Shown here one piece after another: positions 18,586-27,126 of a stretch of 37,578 nucleotides of DNA (the stretch's first letter is position 1; every line of letters starts with the position of its first letter). A program made the translations under genes and the position numbers. This DNA is from Planctomycetota bacterium (GTDB lineage Bacteria; Planctomycetota; Planctomycetia; Pirellulales; Pirellulaceae): positions 1 to 37,578 of the forward strand of contig JAPOKD010000001.1 of the NCBI GenBank assembly GCA_029977825.1. Reading direction: 5' to 3'. The notes under the pieces are model-generated. The model made no database searches and was not told the DNA's origin. It worked only from the letters and a program-made list of their open reading frames with translations.

Positions 18586-19095
18586 CTATGCATCAGTCTT
18601 TGCATCAGCAACAGGTGCTGGAGGTGCAGCTTCCTCACCAGAGTCGCTGCTGCTTGCAGCTTCCTCAACGACGGTTCCGCATGGAGCTTCTGTTGCACAT
18701 GAGCTCTCGCAGCAAGACTTGTTGCGACGGTGCTTGCTGAACAGACGCTGGAGAAGGCAAGGCCGCTTGCAGCAAGAATCCTCACAGCACTCAGTCTCAG
18801 TTGCGCAAGGTGCGGTCTCGCATGGAGTTGCACATGGTGCAGCTGTTTCGCATGGTGCAGCTTCAGGAGCACAGCAGTTGGAAGCGTGCTTTGCCTTCAG
18901 GCGTGCGAGCAATCCACCACCACAGCTTTTGTGGCACAGGTTGCCCAAAACTTTTCCGCCGCAGCTTTTGGCGTGCAGACGTGAGAAAAGTCCTCCACCG
19001 CAGCGACCAGCTTCGGCAGTTGTGTCAGTCATAGCAAGTCCGGCACCAATCATCAGTGCGAACGCGGCAATGCCGCTCACCACAGTCCGATTCAT
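18586..19095 (-). CDS. Secreted cysteine-rich hypothetical protein (169 aa, 19 Cys)
   Basis: GGAG SD before ATG 19095; signal peptide MNRTVVSGIAAFALMIGAGLAMTDTTAEA; strong terminator downstream. Confidence 0.8.
   Translation of the reverse strand: MNRTVVSGIAAFALMIGAGLAMTDTTAEAGRCGGGLFSRLHAKSCGGKVLGNLCHKSCGGGLLARLKAKHASNCCAPEAAPCETAAPCATPCETAPCATETECCEDSCCKRPCLLQRLFSKHRRNKSCCESSCATEAPCGTVVEEAASSSDSGEEAAPPAPVADAKTDA
18801..18862 (-). repeat. Imperfect tandem repeat encoding (A)APC(E/A)T units
   Basis: Minus strand GCTGCACCATGCGAAACA GCTGCACCATGTGCAACT CCATGCGAGACC GCACCTTGCGCAACT. Confidence 0.65.
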
Positions 19096-19288
19096 CTTCA
19101 ATCTCCAGAGTTCGGAGTTAGGTGCGATCCGAATTCGCACATCATGGTTATGGGCCTGATTCCTGAGACCCCACATCTCGTGCCGTTGACAACGCGCCAA
19201 CAGGCTCACGAATGTTTCGGCGGACACCCAACGCTCGACAACCTGGGAGGTTTGCGTAGGTTATTCCGACCGCGTAATTTCGAGCGAT

Positions 19289-19316
19289 AGGGTAACTAGC
19301 GACACATGGGTGTCAA
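19289..19316 (-). promoter_or_regulatory. Putative sigma70-type promoter of the Cys-rich gene
   Basis: Minus strand TTGACA (19316-19311), 16-bp spacer, TACCCT (19294-19289). Inverted repeat GACAC-ATGG-GTGTC (19301-19314) overlaps the -35 element. Confidence 0.5.
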
Positions 19317-19518
19317 TCGGGCGTGACTTGAAATTCAGGAATTATTGTCACAAAGACACGCAGTGAACTTCTGACCGTGTCAGCACAGTTCCTGCGGAGG
19401 GCTGACTTGAATCAACCCAGAAACAACCACAAGGGGCAGCATCTCCCCCTTATTAGCTATCATTGATCGGATCAAAGCCCACATGCTCGTGTGGGGGGGA
19501 CGCAAGTCAGTTTTGAAA

Positions 19519-20133
19519 TCAACGCTTCAGCGTGGTTTCCGGGGCGGTAGCCTGCGAGGAAACTTCTGAATTGCCTGGAGCGGGTTCGGACAGCATCGCC
19601 GCCATTTGATTCCCATCCTCGAAATTAAAAACAACAGGGTCTTCAGCCTCGGGATCGATCGTAATTGCGAGTCCGCTGATTCTCCAGCCGCTTTGTTCTT
19701 GTCGCAATGCCCACACAACTTGAGACGATGCGACATTACCGCCTTCGGCGTTAGGTTCCGACCAAATGCTATGCACCATGGCCGCTGTTGCATCCTCAGG
19801 GTGCAGCTCGAACCGAGTGACTTCAAAGCTTGCATTCGGGGATCCAATGGGTTGGATGGTTTGTCCGATGCGTTTGAGTTCACTCTGAGCACGGGAGGTC
19901 AGGAGTGCATTTGCTCGGGAATCCTCACCTCCGCGGCGAATTTCGTCGAGAAACTGGCTCACAATATCAGTTGGCGGGGGGGTTAACGACGCAGGCGGTG
20001 GTGTACCGACATTAGTCGTGACTCCTCCCTGAGTGCGTGAAGTCGGGTTGTCTGCCACAGGTGTTCCCGAGCCACAGCCCACAGCGAGCGTAATTATGAT
20101 GGTAAAGCTGAGTCCAAGAGCGAAGCGAGCCAT
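19519..20133 (-). CDS. Hypothetical lipoprotein, possibly NTF2-like fold
   Basis: Lipobox LAVG-C after a hydrophobic stretch, Pro/Thr-rich linker, then PTDIVSQFLDEI...ANALLT...WALRQEQSGWRISG, a pattern resembling NTF2-like domains. Confidence 0.75.
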   Translation of the reverse strand: MARFALGLSFTIIITLAVGCGSGTPVADNPTSRTQGGVTTNVGTPPPASLTPPPTDIVSQFLDEIRRGGEDSRANALLTSRAQSELKRIGQTIQPIGSPNASFEVTRFELHPEDATAAMVHSIWSEPNAEGGNVASSQVVWALRQEQSGWRISGLAITIDPEAEDPVVFNFEDGNQMAAMLSEPAPGNSEVSSQATAPETTLKR

Positions 20134-20299
20134 GCGAGTGCCGTCCAGCGAATGGTGAAAATCAAAAACTTGAAAGTCCGATTTACTTGATGGCGAGGAA
20201 TCGCGTCAAGACAGACTTGATTCACCTATCGCAGCGAATAGCTTTCTCTCACAATGGTGTCTGTAACGAGACGGTGAGGCCACAAACACGAAGCCACAG

Positions 20300-20911
20300 A
20301 TGACAGCTGACAGTAAAAACACCATTTTGGTGGACGGCGAGCGAATTGACCTCCGCAACCGTCCGCTGGCCGCCCTTTTAGCTTGGTTAATTCCCGGGGC
20401 TGGTCACTTTTATCAAGGGCGATACACCAAGGGTGCGTTATTCATGGTCTGCATCCTGTCTGCCTGGGTGCTTGGATTCGCGTTGGGTGGTGGGCACGTG
20501 GTTTATGCGTCGTGGGCACCGGGCGACAAACGTTGGCACTACTTTCTGCAAGCGGGCGTAGGTGGTGCAGCCTTGCCGGCATTGTTGCAGGCCAATCTGA
20601 TCAAAACAGCAACTGATAAAAAAACGGGGCGCACTTCGGAGGATTATGAACCGTATTGGGGAGGTTTCATGGCCCCTCCCTTGCGTCCTGTACGCGAGAG
20701 TCAGGCAGATGAAGTATCAGCATGGTACGCCCGTCACGGGGCCGGCTACGAAATGGGAACCTGGTACACCGTGATCGCAGGCTTGCTGAATATTCTCGTT
20801 ATTTATGATGCCTACGGTGGCCCACTGTCTGTGCCGATCAGCGGCCGTAAAAAAGAATCTGATGACGAAGACGAATCAGCGAGCGAGGAAACGGGGAAAG
20901 CAGCGACTTAA
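20300..20911 (+). CDS. DUF6677-like membrane protein
   Basis: LAALLAWLIPGAGHFYQGRYTKG and EMGTWYTVIAGLLNILVIYDAY motifs. Confidence 0.75.
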   Translation: MTADSKNTILVDGERIDLRNRPLAALLAWLIPGAGHFYQGRYTKGALFMVCILSAWVLGFALGGGHVVYASWAPGDKRWHYFLQAGVGGAALPALLQANLIKTATDKKTGRTSEDYEPYWGGFMAPPLRPVRESQADEVSAWYARHGAGYEMGTWYTVIAGLLNILVIYDAYGGPLSVPISGRKKESDDEDESASEETGKAAT

Positions 20912-20974
20912 AAAACCGATCGCACCGTTTCTGACACGTCTCCTTCACGCCACAACATTTTCCGGCAGGACAAG

Positions 20975-21181
20975 ATGCTTCCCGACCAGATGCTTTCCAT
21001 CGCCCCCAGCTACCTTCTGTACTACCTTCCCCTGATCATCGCCATCGCGTTTGTTTTCGGTGGAACACGCCATGAAAATACAACGTTGATTCTGCAGCAC
21101 ACATGGCAAACAGGCCGTTGGATTACCGGATTCATGGCGGTCATTTTCATCGTAATCTGCATTCTTGATTGGCTGATGTAA
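20975..21181 (+). CDS. Small membrane protein (68 aa, two TM helices)
   Basis: GCAGGA SD-like sequence upstream; YYLPLIIAIAFVFGGTRHE followed by a second hydrophobic helix; co-oriented 63 bp after the DUF6677-like gene. Confidence 0.7.
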   Translation: MLPDQMLSIAPSYLLYYLPLIIAIAFVFGGTRHENTTLILQHTWQTGRWITGFMAVIFIVICILDWLM

Positions 21182-21574
21182 GCACCATCAACTGCCGCCA
21201 GCCCCCTGCAACTTCACACAACAACTCCCCTTACCCCCAGTGGCATGTCCTCGGCGTGGTAAACAACGGCCACTGCCTGAATAAACCAAACGATTCGAAT
21301 CAGCCCGTCACCCGGGGACACCTGCACACTCAGTCAGAAGACAGAACACACATTTTCGCCAAGCTTTGAACTTGAACAACGGCATGCTTCTGGCCACGAT
21401 GATTGGCTGGCGGACGCCCCAGACATGGGGCCATGATGCCCGACCCTGACAAGTGGTGCTCGGTTCGTTTAAAAACTGATTCCCATGCCAGGTCCGCTAA
21501 CCAACGTAACACCTTCACTACCAACTGTTTGACGGCGAAAGCCTGTTCATTCCCTCTCATACATACTGAATTTC

Positions 21575-22918
21575 ATGCGAGTCCTGACTCTTGGTGCTGG
21601 AACAGTTGGCCGTTGGGTTGCAGACATGCTTTGCAGACGCGGACATAGCGTTACCGTTGTCGACAGCAACGCAGCCAATGTCCAACGCATTAACAACGAA
21701 CTGGATGTCAAAGCGATCGTTGGCAGTGCATCCCGAAGCACTGTCTTGTTTCAAGCCGAAGTCAGTTCTGCGGACATGTGCCTTGCAGTCACTGGTGACG
21801 ATGAGGTCAACATTGTCGCGGCCAGCATGGCAAAAGAGTTAGGTGCACGCCGCAGCATTGCCCGCGTGTATGCGCCTGCATTTCATGATCTAAGCACGTT
21901 TGATTACCAACGGCACTTCAACATTGACAGTCTGCTGAGTCTGGAGCAGCTTTCGGCATTCGAGTTGGCGCGTGCGATCCGGAATCCCGATGCCATTCCA
22001 TTGGAACACTTTGCTCGCGGTCAACTGGAGGTTTATGAAGTCGAAGTCGATGGCAAATCCGTCAGTGCGGGACACAAGTTGCGGGACCTGAAAATATCCG
22101 GGGCTGTACGGATCGGATCAATTGCCCGTGAGGGACGCATGTGGATCGCCAGCGGCGAAGACGAATTACATGGTGGTGACCGCGTCAGCCTGATAGGTGC
22201 ACCTGAGGTCGTTACTAAAACAAGAAGCATGTTTGTTTCCGAATCAGACTTGCACCTCAAACAGCGTGTAATGATCGCGGGTGGCGGTGAAACTGGTTAT
22301 CACCTTGCCGACTCGCTTAGCCGCCGTGATTATCGGATTGTGTTATTGGAACGTGATCAGGAGCATTGCAACCGACTGGCAAAACTGTTGCCCGGCGTAA
22401 CCGTCATTCACGCTAATGCCAATCGTCGCAGCGTGCTGGAAGACGAGGGTGGCGGAACAGTTGACTACTTCGTCGCCTGCACGGGGAGCGATGAGAGCAA
22501 CATTATGGCAGGCGTGGAAGCCAGAGAACTGGGTGCAGCACGAGTGATGTGTGTGGTTGGACGTCCTGACTATGCCAACGTGGTCGGCAAACTGGGCATT
22601 GATCGTGCTGTCAGTGAACGGGATGTTGCAGCCCGACAAATTCTGGGTTTTTTAAATGAGGGCGCCATCATCAGCCAAAGTCGCATTCCAAATGGCAGCA
22701 TCGGGATCTACGAACTGGAAGTATCAGAGGGCACACAAGTCACTCAAGCGACTCTGGCCGAGCTGCCTCTTTCCGGTCGCTGTCTGATTGCTGCTGTGGA
22801 ACGCGACGGCTTTGTTCGTGTCCCAACCGCCAATGACACCCTTCAACCAGGCGATGTTGCAGTCGCTTTGATTGATCAACCAGCAGCCAAAGAAAGCCTG
22901 GCATTGTTTAACTCATGA
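21575..22918 (+). CDS. trkA: Trk system potassium uptake protein TrkA
   Basis: Two RCK N/C repeats: MRVLTLGAGTVG ... AVTGDDEVN and RVMIAGGGETG ... CTGSDESN; 447 aa. Confidence 0.93.
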   Translation: MRVLTLGAGTVGRWVADMLCRRGHSVTVVDSNAANVQRINNELDVKAIVGSASRSTVLFQAEVSSADMCLAVTGDDEVNIVAASMAKELGARRSIARVYAPAFHDLSTFDYQRHFNIDSLLSLEQLSAFELARAIRNPDAIPLEHFARGQLEVYEVEVDGKSVSAGHKLRDLKISGAVRIGSIAREGRMWIASGEDELHGGDRVSLIGAPEVVTKTRSMFVSESDLHLKQRVMIAGGGETGYHLADSLSRRDYRIVLLERDQEHCNRLAKLLPGVTVIHANANRRSVLEDEGGGTVDYFVACTGSDESNIMAGVEARELGAARVMCVVGRPDYANVVGKLGIDRAVSERDVAARQILGFLNEGAIISQSRIPNGSIGIYELEVSEGTQVTQATLAELPLSGRCLIAAVERDGFVRVPTANDTLQPGDVAVALIDQPAAKESLALFNS

Positions 22919-25900
22919 CGGTAACAGTTTGGGCCGATGTCGGCGGAACCTTCACTGACTGCATCGTCGTTGACGGGTCAACACGATACCACACCAAGGT
23001 ACTGAGCAGCGGTTTGATCCGCGGCAAGATTGAGGCATGGATCACCGGCGACAGCTTCAAAGCAAGCGAACTTGCCGGACACGACATTCCCGGGTTCTGG
23101 AACCGGGCTTTCGTATCCATGCTTGACCCTAATGGGAATCGGCGCCCACTTGGGAAGATCACCAGTCATGAAAACGGGATACTGACCTTCGTCGAAAAAA
23201 TGTCCGGGAAGTCCAGACAACCAAACTCCAGCGGACTCACTGGGACAGCCTCGGATGGCGACCGGGTCGACGTCATCGGTCAGGACTCGATCATTGAGCT
23301 CGACGCCAATCTTGAAGCGCCAGTTCTAGCAACCCGACTGTTGCTCGGTATTCCCTTGGGTACTCCGCTCCCCCCCTTGGATGTCCGACTGGGTACGACA
23401 CGCGGCACGAACGCGCTGTTGACGCGTGGTGGCGCGAAGGCGGCAGTTCTGGTAACGAAAGGCTTTGTTGACCTCCTTCGAATCGGTGAACAGGACCGGC
23501 CTCAACTTTTCTCACTCGCCATTCAGAAGCATCAGCCACTCACAGACCGTGTGCTGGAAATTGATGAACGGCTCGATGCCAGTGGATCAATTCTGCAGAC
23601 AATGGACACTGATTCGGTGACTGCGGTGCTTGCAAAACTTAAAAGTGATGGAATCGATTCACTTGCAATCTGTCTTCTGCATTCCCACATCAATGATGAG
23701 CATGAACGGCAGATCGAAGCGTTGGCCAGAGAGGCAGGATTCCAGAACATCTCACGCTCCAGTGAAGTTGCACCACTAATCAAGTATGTGTCGCGGACAG
23801 AAACTACCGTTCTGGATGCTTATCTGAATCCAATTCTGTCTGGCTATGTAGCGAAAGTATGGCAACAGTTTGGTGGTTCCTCACAATGTCGCCTACGTCT
23901 GATGACCAGCAATGGCAAACTGGTATCACCGACGGCGTTCCGGGGTCGAGATAGCATCCTGTCAGGCCCTGCTGGAGGAGTTGTCGCTCTGGGTCACGTT
24001 GCGGAGCGTGGAAACGCTGGAAATGCGATTGGCCTGGACATGGGTGGCACCAGCACGGATGTCAGTCGATACGAAGGCCGAGTTGGACGACGCTATGAGT
24101 CGCTTGTCGCAGGCGTGCGTGTCATGACAGCCATGATGGACATCGAAACGGTAGCGGCAGGGGGCGGATCGATCTGCCATTACAACTCTGAACAGCGACT
24201 CGCTGTTGGACCCGAAAGTGCGGGTGCCAATCCCGGTCCTGCCTGCTACGGACGAGGCGGTCCACTCACGGTTACCGATGTCAATTTGTTACTGGGTAGA
24301 GTGCCGGAGGATCGGTTTCCCTTTCCCTTGAATCGCCAAGCAGCCAGAGAAGCTTTGCAGTCAGTCCTGCAACAAATACCTGAAAACAAGAGGCTGGCTT
24401 CTACCGAGCAATTGGCAGAAGGTTTTTTTTCGATCGCCGTGACGCACATGGCCGAAGCTGTACGTACCGTGAGTACTGCGCAGGGAAGCGATGTTCGGAA
24501 CATGGTATTGGTCGGCTTTGGCGGTGCTGCAGGCCAACACCTGTGCCGAGTTGCCAGCGTTCTGGGCATGAAGCGAATACTCGATCATCCCGACGCAGGA
24601 ATGCTCAGCGCTTTGGGAATGGGCCTGGCTGATCAGGGTCAAGTTGTGACACAGGGGATTTATGAATTACTCGAAAATCTCTCGCCAGAATCGATTCGTG
24701 CAACGGCAACAAGATTGACTCACGAGGTCGAACAACAACTCGAAGATGAACTTGAACCAGGCCAGCAGCTGAATCATGTTCTCGAAGCTGATCTACGATA
24801 CTGGGGGACCGAAGCCTCCTTAAGCGTCCCTCTTTACCCTGCCGAAACACTGCTGGAAAGATTCCATCAAAAGCACAAGAAAATCTTTGGCTACATTCAA
24901 GCTGAACGTGCTGTTGAATTGGCAGCACTACGATGTGACTCAACGCTCCAATCTGACAGTGAGCCTTTGTCCGAGCGTCAGACAACTGCCGCAGGCTCAA
25001 CCGGCGCCACCAGGATGTGGCACGAAGGTCAGTGGGTGGAGGCAATGCAGATTGATCGCGAATCTCTTCCTGCAGACAGAATCATTATGGGCCCGGCAAT
25101 GATCGTCGGCGCTCACTCCACACTTGTTGTGGAACCGGGGTGGCAAGCCAGCAAGATCCAAGACGGAATTCTGGAGGTCACGTGCAGTAACACGGGCGAA
25201 AAAAGGAGTGATGCCCCACTAAAAACCGAGGAGCAAACAATCACATCAGACCCAATTCTGGTGGAAGTGATCGCCCGACGATTGCAAGGAATTGCTGACG
25301 CAATGGGTGAGGTCCTGCGAAGAACAGCAATCAGTGTCAACGTGAAAGAGCGCCGTGATTACAGTTGTGCGGTGTTTCGGCACGATGGCTCTCTGATTGC
25401 CAACGCACCTCACGTGCCCGTTCATCTTGGAGCCATGGGGCATACAGTGCGACAAGTCATGCAACAGTTTCCAGACATGTCTCCTCACGACTGCTATCTC
25501 AGCAACGACCCGTATGCGGGTGGGTCACACCTTCCGGACGTGACTACGATTACGCCAGTTTTCTGTGACCCTGAAAAAACAAGTGGCTCACCCGATTTCT
25601 ACGTTGCCTCACGCGCACACCACGCTGAGATAGGTGGACGCACACCTGGTTCGATGCCGCCCAACGCCACATCGCTGGCAGAAGAAGGTGTCGTGATTCG
25701 CAACTTCGCGCTGGTGAAGTCAGGTAATAACCATGAGGTCGACCTGAAGCGAATGCTTTCTACAGGGCGTTATCCATCACGATGCGTACCTGAAAATCTG
25801 GCAGACATTGCCGCGCAACAGGCAGCAGGTGCCCATGGTGTCCGAGCAATGACAGAACTGGCTAAACAGTACTCCGTCAAAACCATTGACACGTTCATGG

Positions 25901-26796
25901 GCCAAATTCTGAAACTCGCCGGTGATTCCATGCAGCGTTGGATACAGACGCTTCATGACGGCCCGATGAGTTTCAAAGACCATCTAGATGATGGCAGCCA
26001 CATTGCTGTTACCATTGAACGGAACGGGAATCACCTTGACGTCAGTTTTGATACCTCACCGGTCCATCCGCATGGATTCAATGCAACACCAGCTATCGTG
26101 ACAGCGGCTACTCTGTACGTCCTACGCTGCGTTTCTGGTTCCGACTTACCGCTTTGTGACGGTGTGCTGCGAGACGTGACCATCCAGATTCCCGAGGGCA
26201 TGCTTGATCCGCCACATCACGCGGATCCCGCAAGGTGTGCTGCGGTCGTGGCTGGAAACGTCGAAACAAGCCAGAGAATCGTCGATGTACTGTTGGGTGC
26301 CCTGGGTGTCGCCGCTGCCTCGCAAGGCACGATGAATAACGTGTTGATTGGTGACCCGACCTTTGGTTATTACGAAACCATTGGGGGAGGAAGCGGCGCC
26401 ACAGCAACACAACCGGGCGCGGACGCGGTACATACTCACATGACCAATACCCGCATTACCGATCCTGAAATTCTGGAATCAAGATTGCCTGTACGTCTTA
26501 GACGCTTTTCCATTCGGCGTGATAGTGGTGGATCAGGACACCATCGTGGTGGAGATGGCATGATCCGGGAGTTCGAGTTCTTGAAACCTCTCGTCATCTC
26601 ACTACTCACTGGACGACGCACCTTCGGCCCCTATGGTGCGTCCGGTGGACAGTCAGGGAAGGCTGGAGAAAACCTGCTCGTACATCAGGGAAAAACCGAA
26701 TCGCTGGCTGCTACTGCCTCTCTTTCGGTGGTCGCTGGTGATCGACTGATCATTAAGACACCGGGTGGCGGTGGCTGGGGCGAGACATCCGTCTGA
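22915..26796 (+). CDS. ATP-dependent 5-oxoprolinase / hydantoinase A-B fusion
   Basis: DVGGTFTD, GTTRGTNALL, DMGGTSTDVS, GPESAGANPGPACYGRGGPLTVTD, SVNVKERRDYSCA, SHLPD, HTHMTNTRITDPEILE, TPGGGGWG. Confidence 0.95.
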   Translation: MTVTVWADVGGTFTDCIVVDGSTRYHTKVLSSGLIRGKIEAWITGDSFKASELAGHDIPGFWNRAFVSMLDPNGNRRPLGKITSHENGILTFVEKMSGKSRQPNSSGLTGTASDGDRVDVIGQDSIIELDANLEAPVLATRLLLGIPLGTPLPPLDVRLGTTRGTNALLTRGGAKAAVLVTKGFVDLLRIGEQDRPQLFSLAIQKHQPLTDRVLEIDERLDASGSILQTMDTDSVTAVLAKLKSDGIDSLAICLLHSHINDEHERQIEALAREAGFQNISRSSEVAPLIKYVSRTETTVLDAYLNPILSGYVAKVWQQFGGSSQCRLRLMTSNGKLVSPTAFRGRDSILSGPAGGVVALGHVAERGNAGNAIGLDMGGTSTDVSRYEGRVGRRYESLVAGVRVMTAMMDIETVAAGGGSICHYNSEQRLAVGPESAGANPGPACYGRGGPLTVTDVNLLLGRVPEDRFPFPLNRQAAREALQSVLQQIPENKRLASTEQLAEGFFSIAVTHMAEAVRTVSTAQGSDVRNMVLVGFGGAAGQHLCRVASVLGMKRILDHPDAGMLSALGMGLADQGQVVTQGIYELLENLSPESIRATATRLTHEVEQQLEDELEPGQQLNHVLEADLRYWGTEASLSVPLYPAETLLERFHQKHKKIFGYIQAERAVELAALRCDSTLQSDSEPLSERQTTAAGSTGATRMWHEGQWVEAMQIDRESLPADRIIMGPAMIVGAHSTLVVEPGWQASKIQDGILEVTCSNTGEKRSDAPLKTEEQTITSDPILVEVIARRLQGIADAMGEVLRRTAISVNVKERRDYSCAVFRHDGSLIANAPHVPVHLGAMGHTVRQVMQQFPDMSPHDCYLSNDPYAGGSHLPDVTTITPVFCDPEKTSGSPDFYVASRAHHAEIGGRTPGSMPPNATSLAEEGVVIRNFALVKSGNNHEVDLKRMLSTGRYPSRCVPENLADIAAQQAAGAHGVRAMTELAKQYSVKTIDTFMGQILKLAGDSMQRWIQTLHDGPMSFKDHLDDGSHIAVTIERNGNHLDVSFDTSPVHPHGFNATPAIVTAATLYVLRCVSGSDLPLCDGVLRDVTIQIPEGMLDPPHHADPARCAAVVAGNVETSQRIVDVLLGALGVAAASQGTMNNVLIGDPTFGYYETIGGGSGATATQPGADAVHTHMTNTRITDPEILESRLPVRLRRFSIRRDSGGSGHHRGGDGMIREFEFLKPLVISLLTGRRTFGPYGASGGQSGKAGENLLVHQGKTESLAATASLSVVAGDRLIIKTPGGGGWGETSV

Positions 26797-27126
26797 GGCT
26801 ATACCCGGCAAAAAAATGCAGTTTGAAACTGCCTGAACCAGTTGAACCTGTGCCATTAAACAGGCAATCCAATCCATCGCATCGGACCGTCAATCTCTCG
26901 TCACAAAGTAATTCAGCAACGCGAACGGAATTCGCCCTGTCGTTCTACATGCTGCAGGTCTCGGTTTTTACCGATTTTATGCTTTGTCCCTCCATCACCT
27001 CCAGTGAGCCCTTGTTTGTTAGCTTCTCGTTTTCCGAAGGTGGTAAAGGGCGGTAGAATAGTAGTGTGCGATTACACCTTGGCATTTTCCTTCTATTTTC
27101 CCCCACATCTCAGTTGTCACTGACAC

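Noticed and set aside
19096-19227. 44-aa N-terminal extension of the Cys-rich ORF
   Set aside because: The GGAG SD and the signal peptide both point to ATG 19095.
7176-19509. Shared 11-mer GACGCAAGTCA in two intergenic regions (7176-7186 and 19499-19509)
   Set aside because: Shared 11-mers are expected by chance in 37 kb, and the flanks do not extend the match, so it does not support a REP-like element.
21182-21574. Possible c-di-AMP (ydaO) riboswitch upstream of trkA
   Set aside because: Only scattered fragments (CCCGTCA, GCTAACC, a GCCCCA/TGGGGC hairpin) are present, not in the order or spacing of the motif. An Infernal search would settle it.
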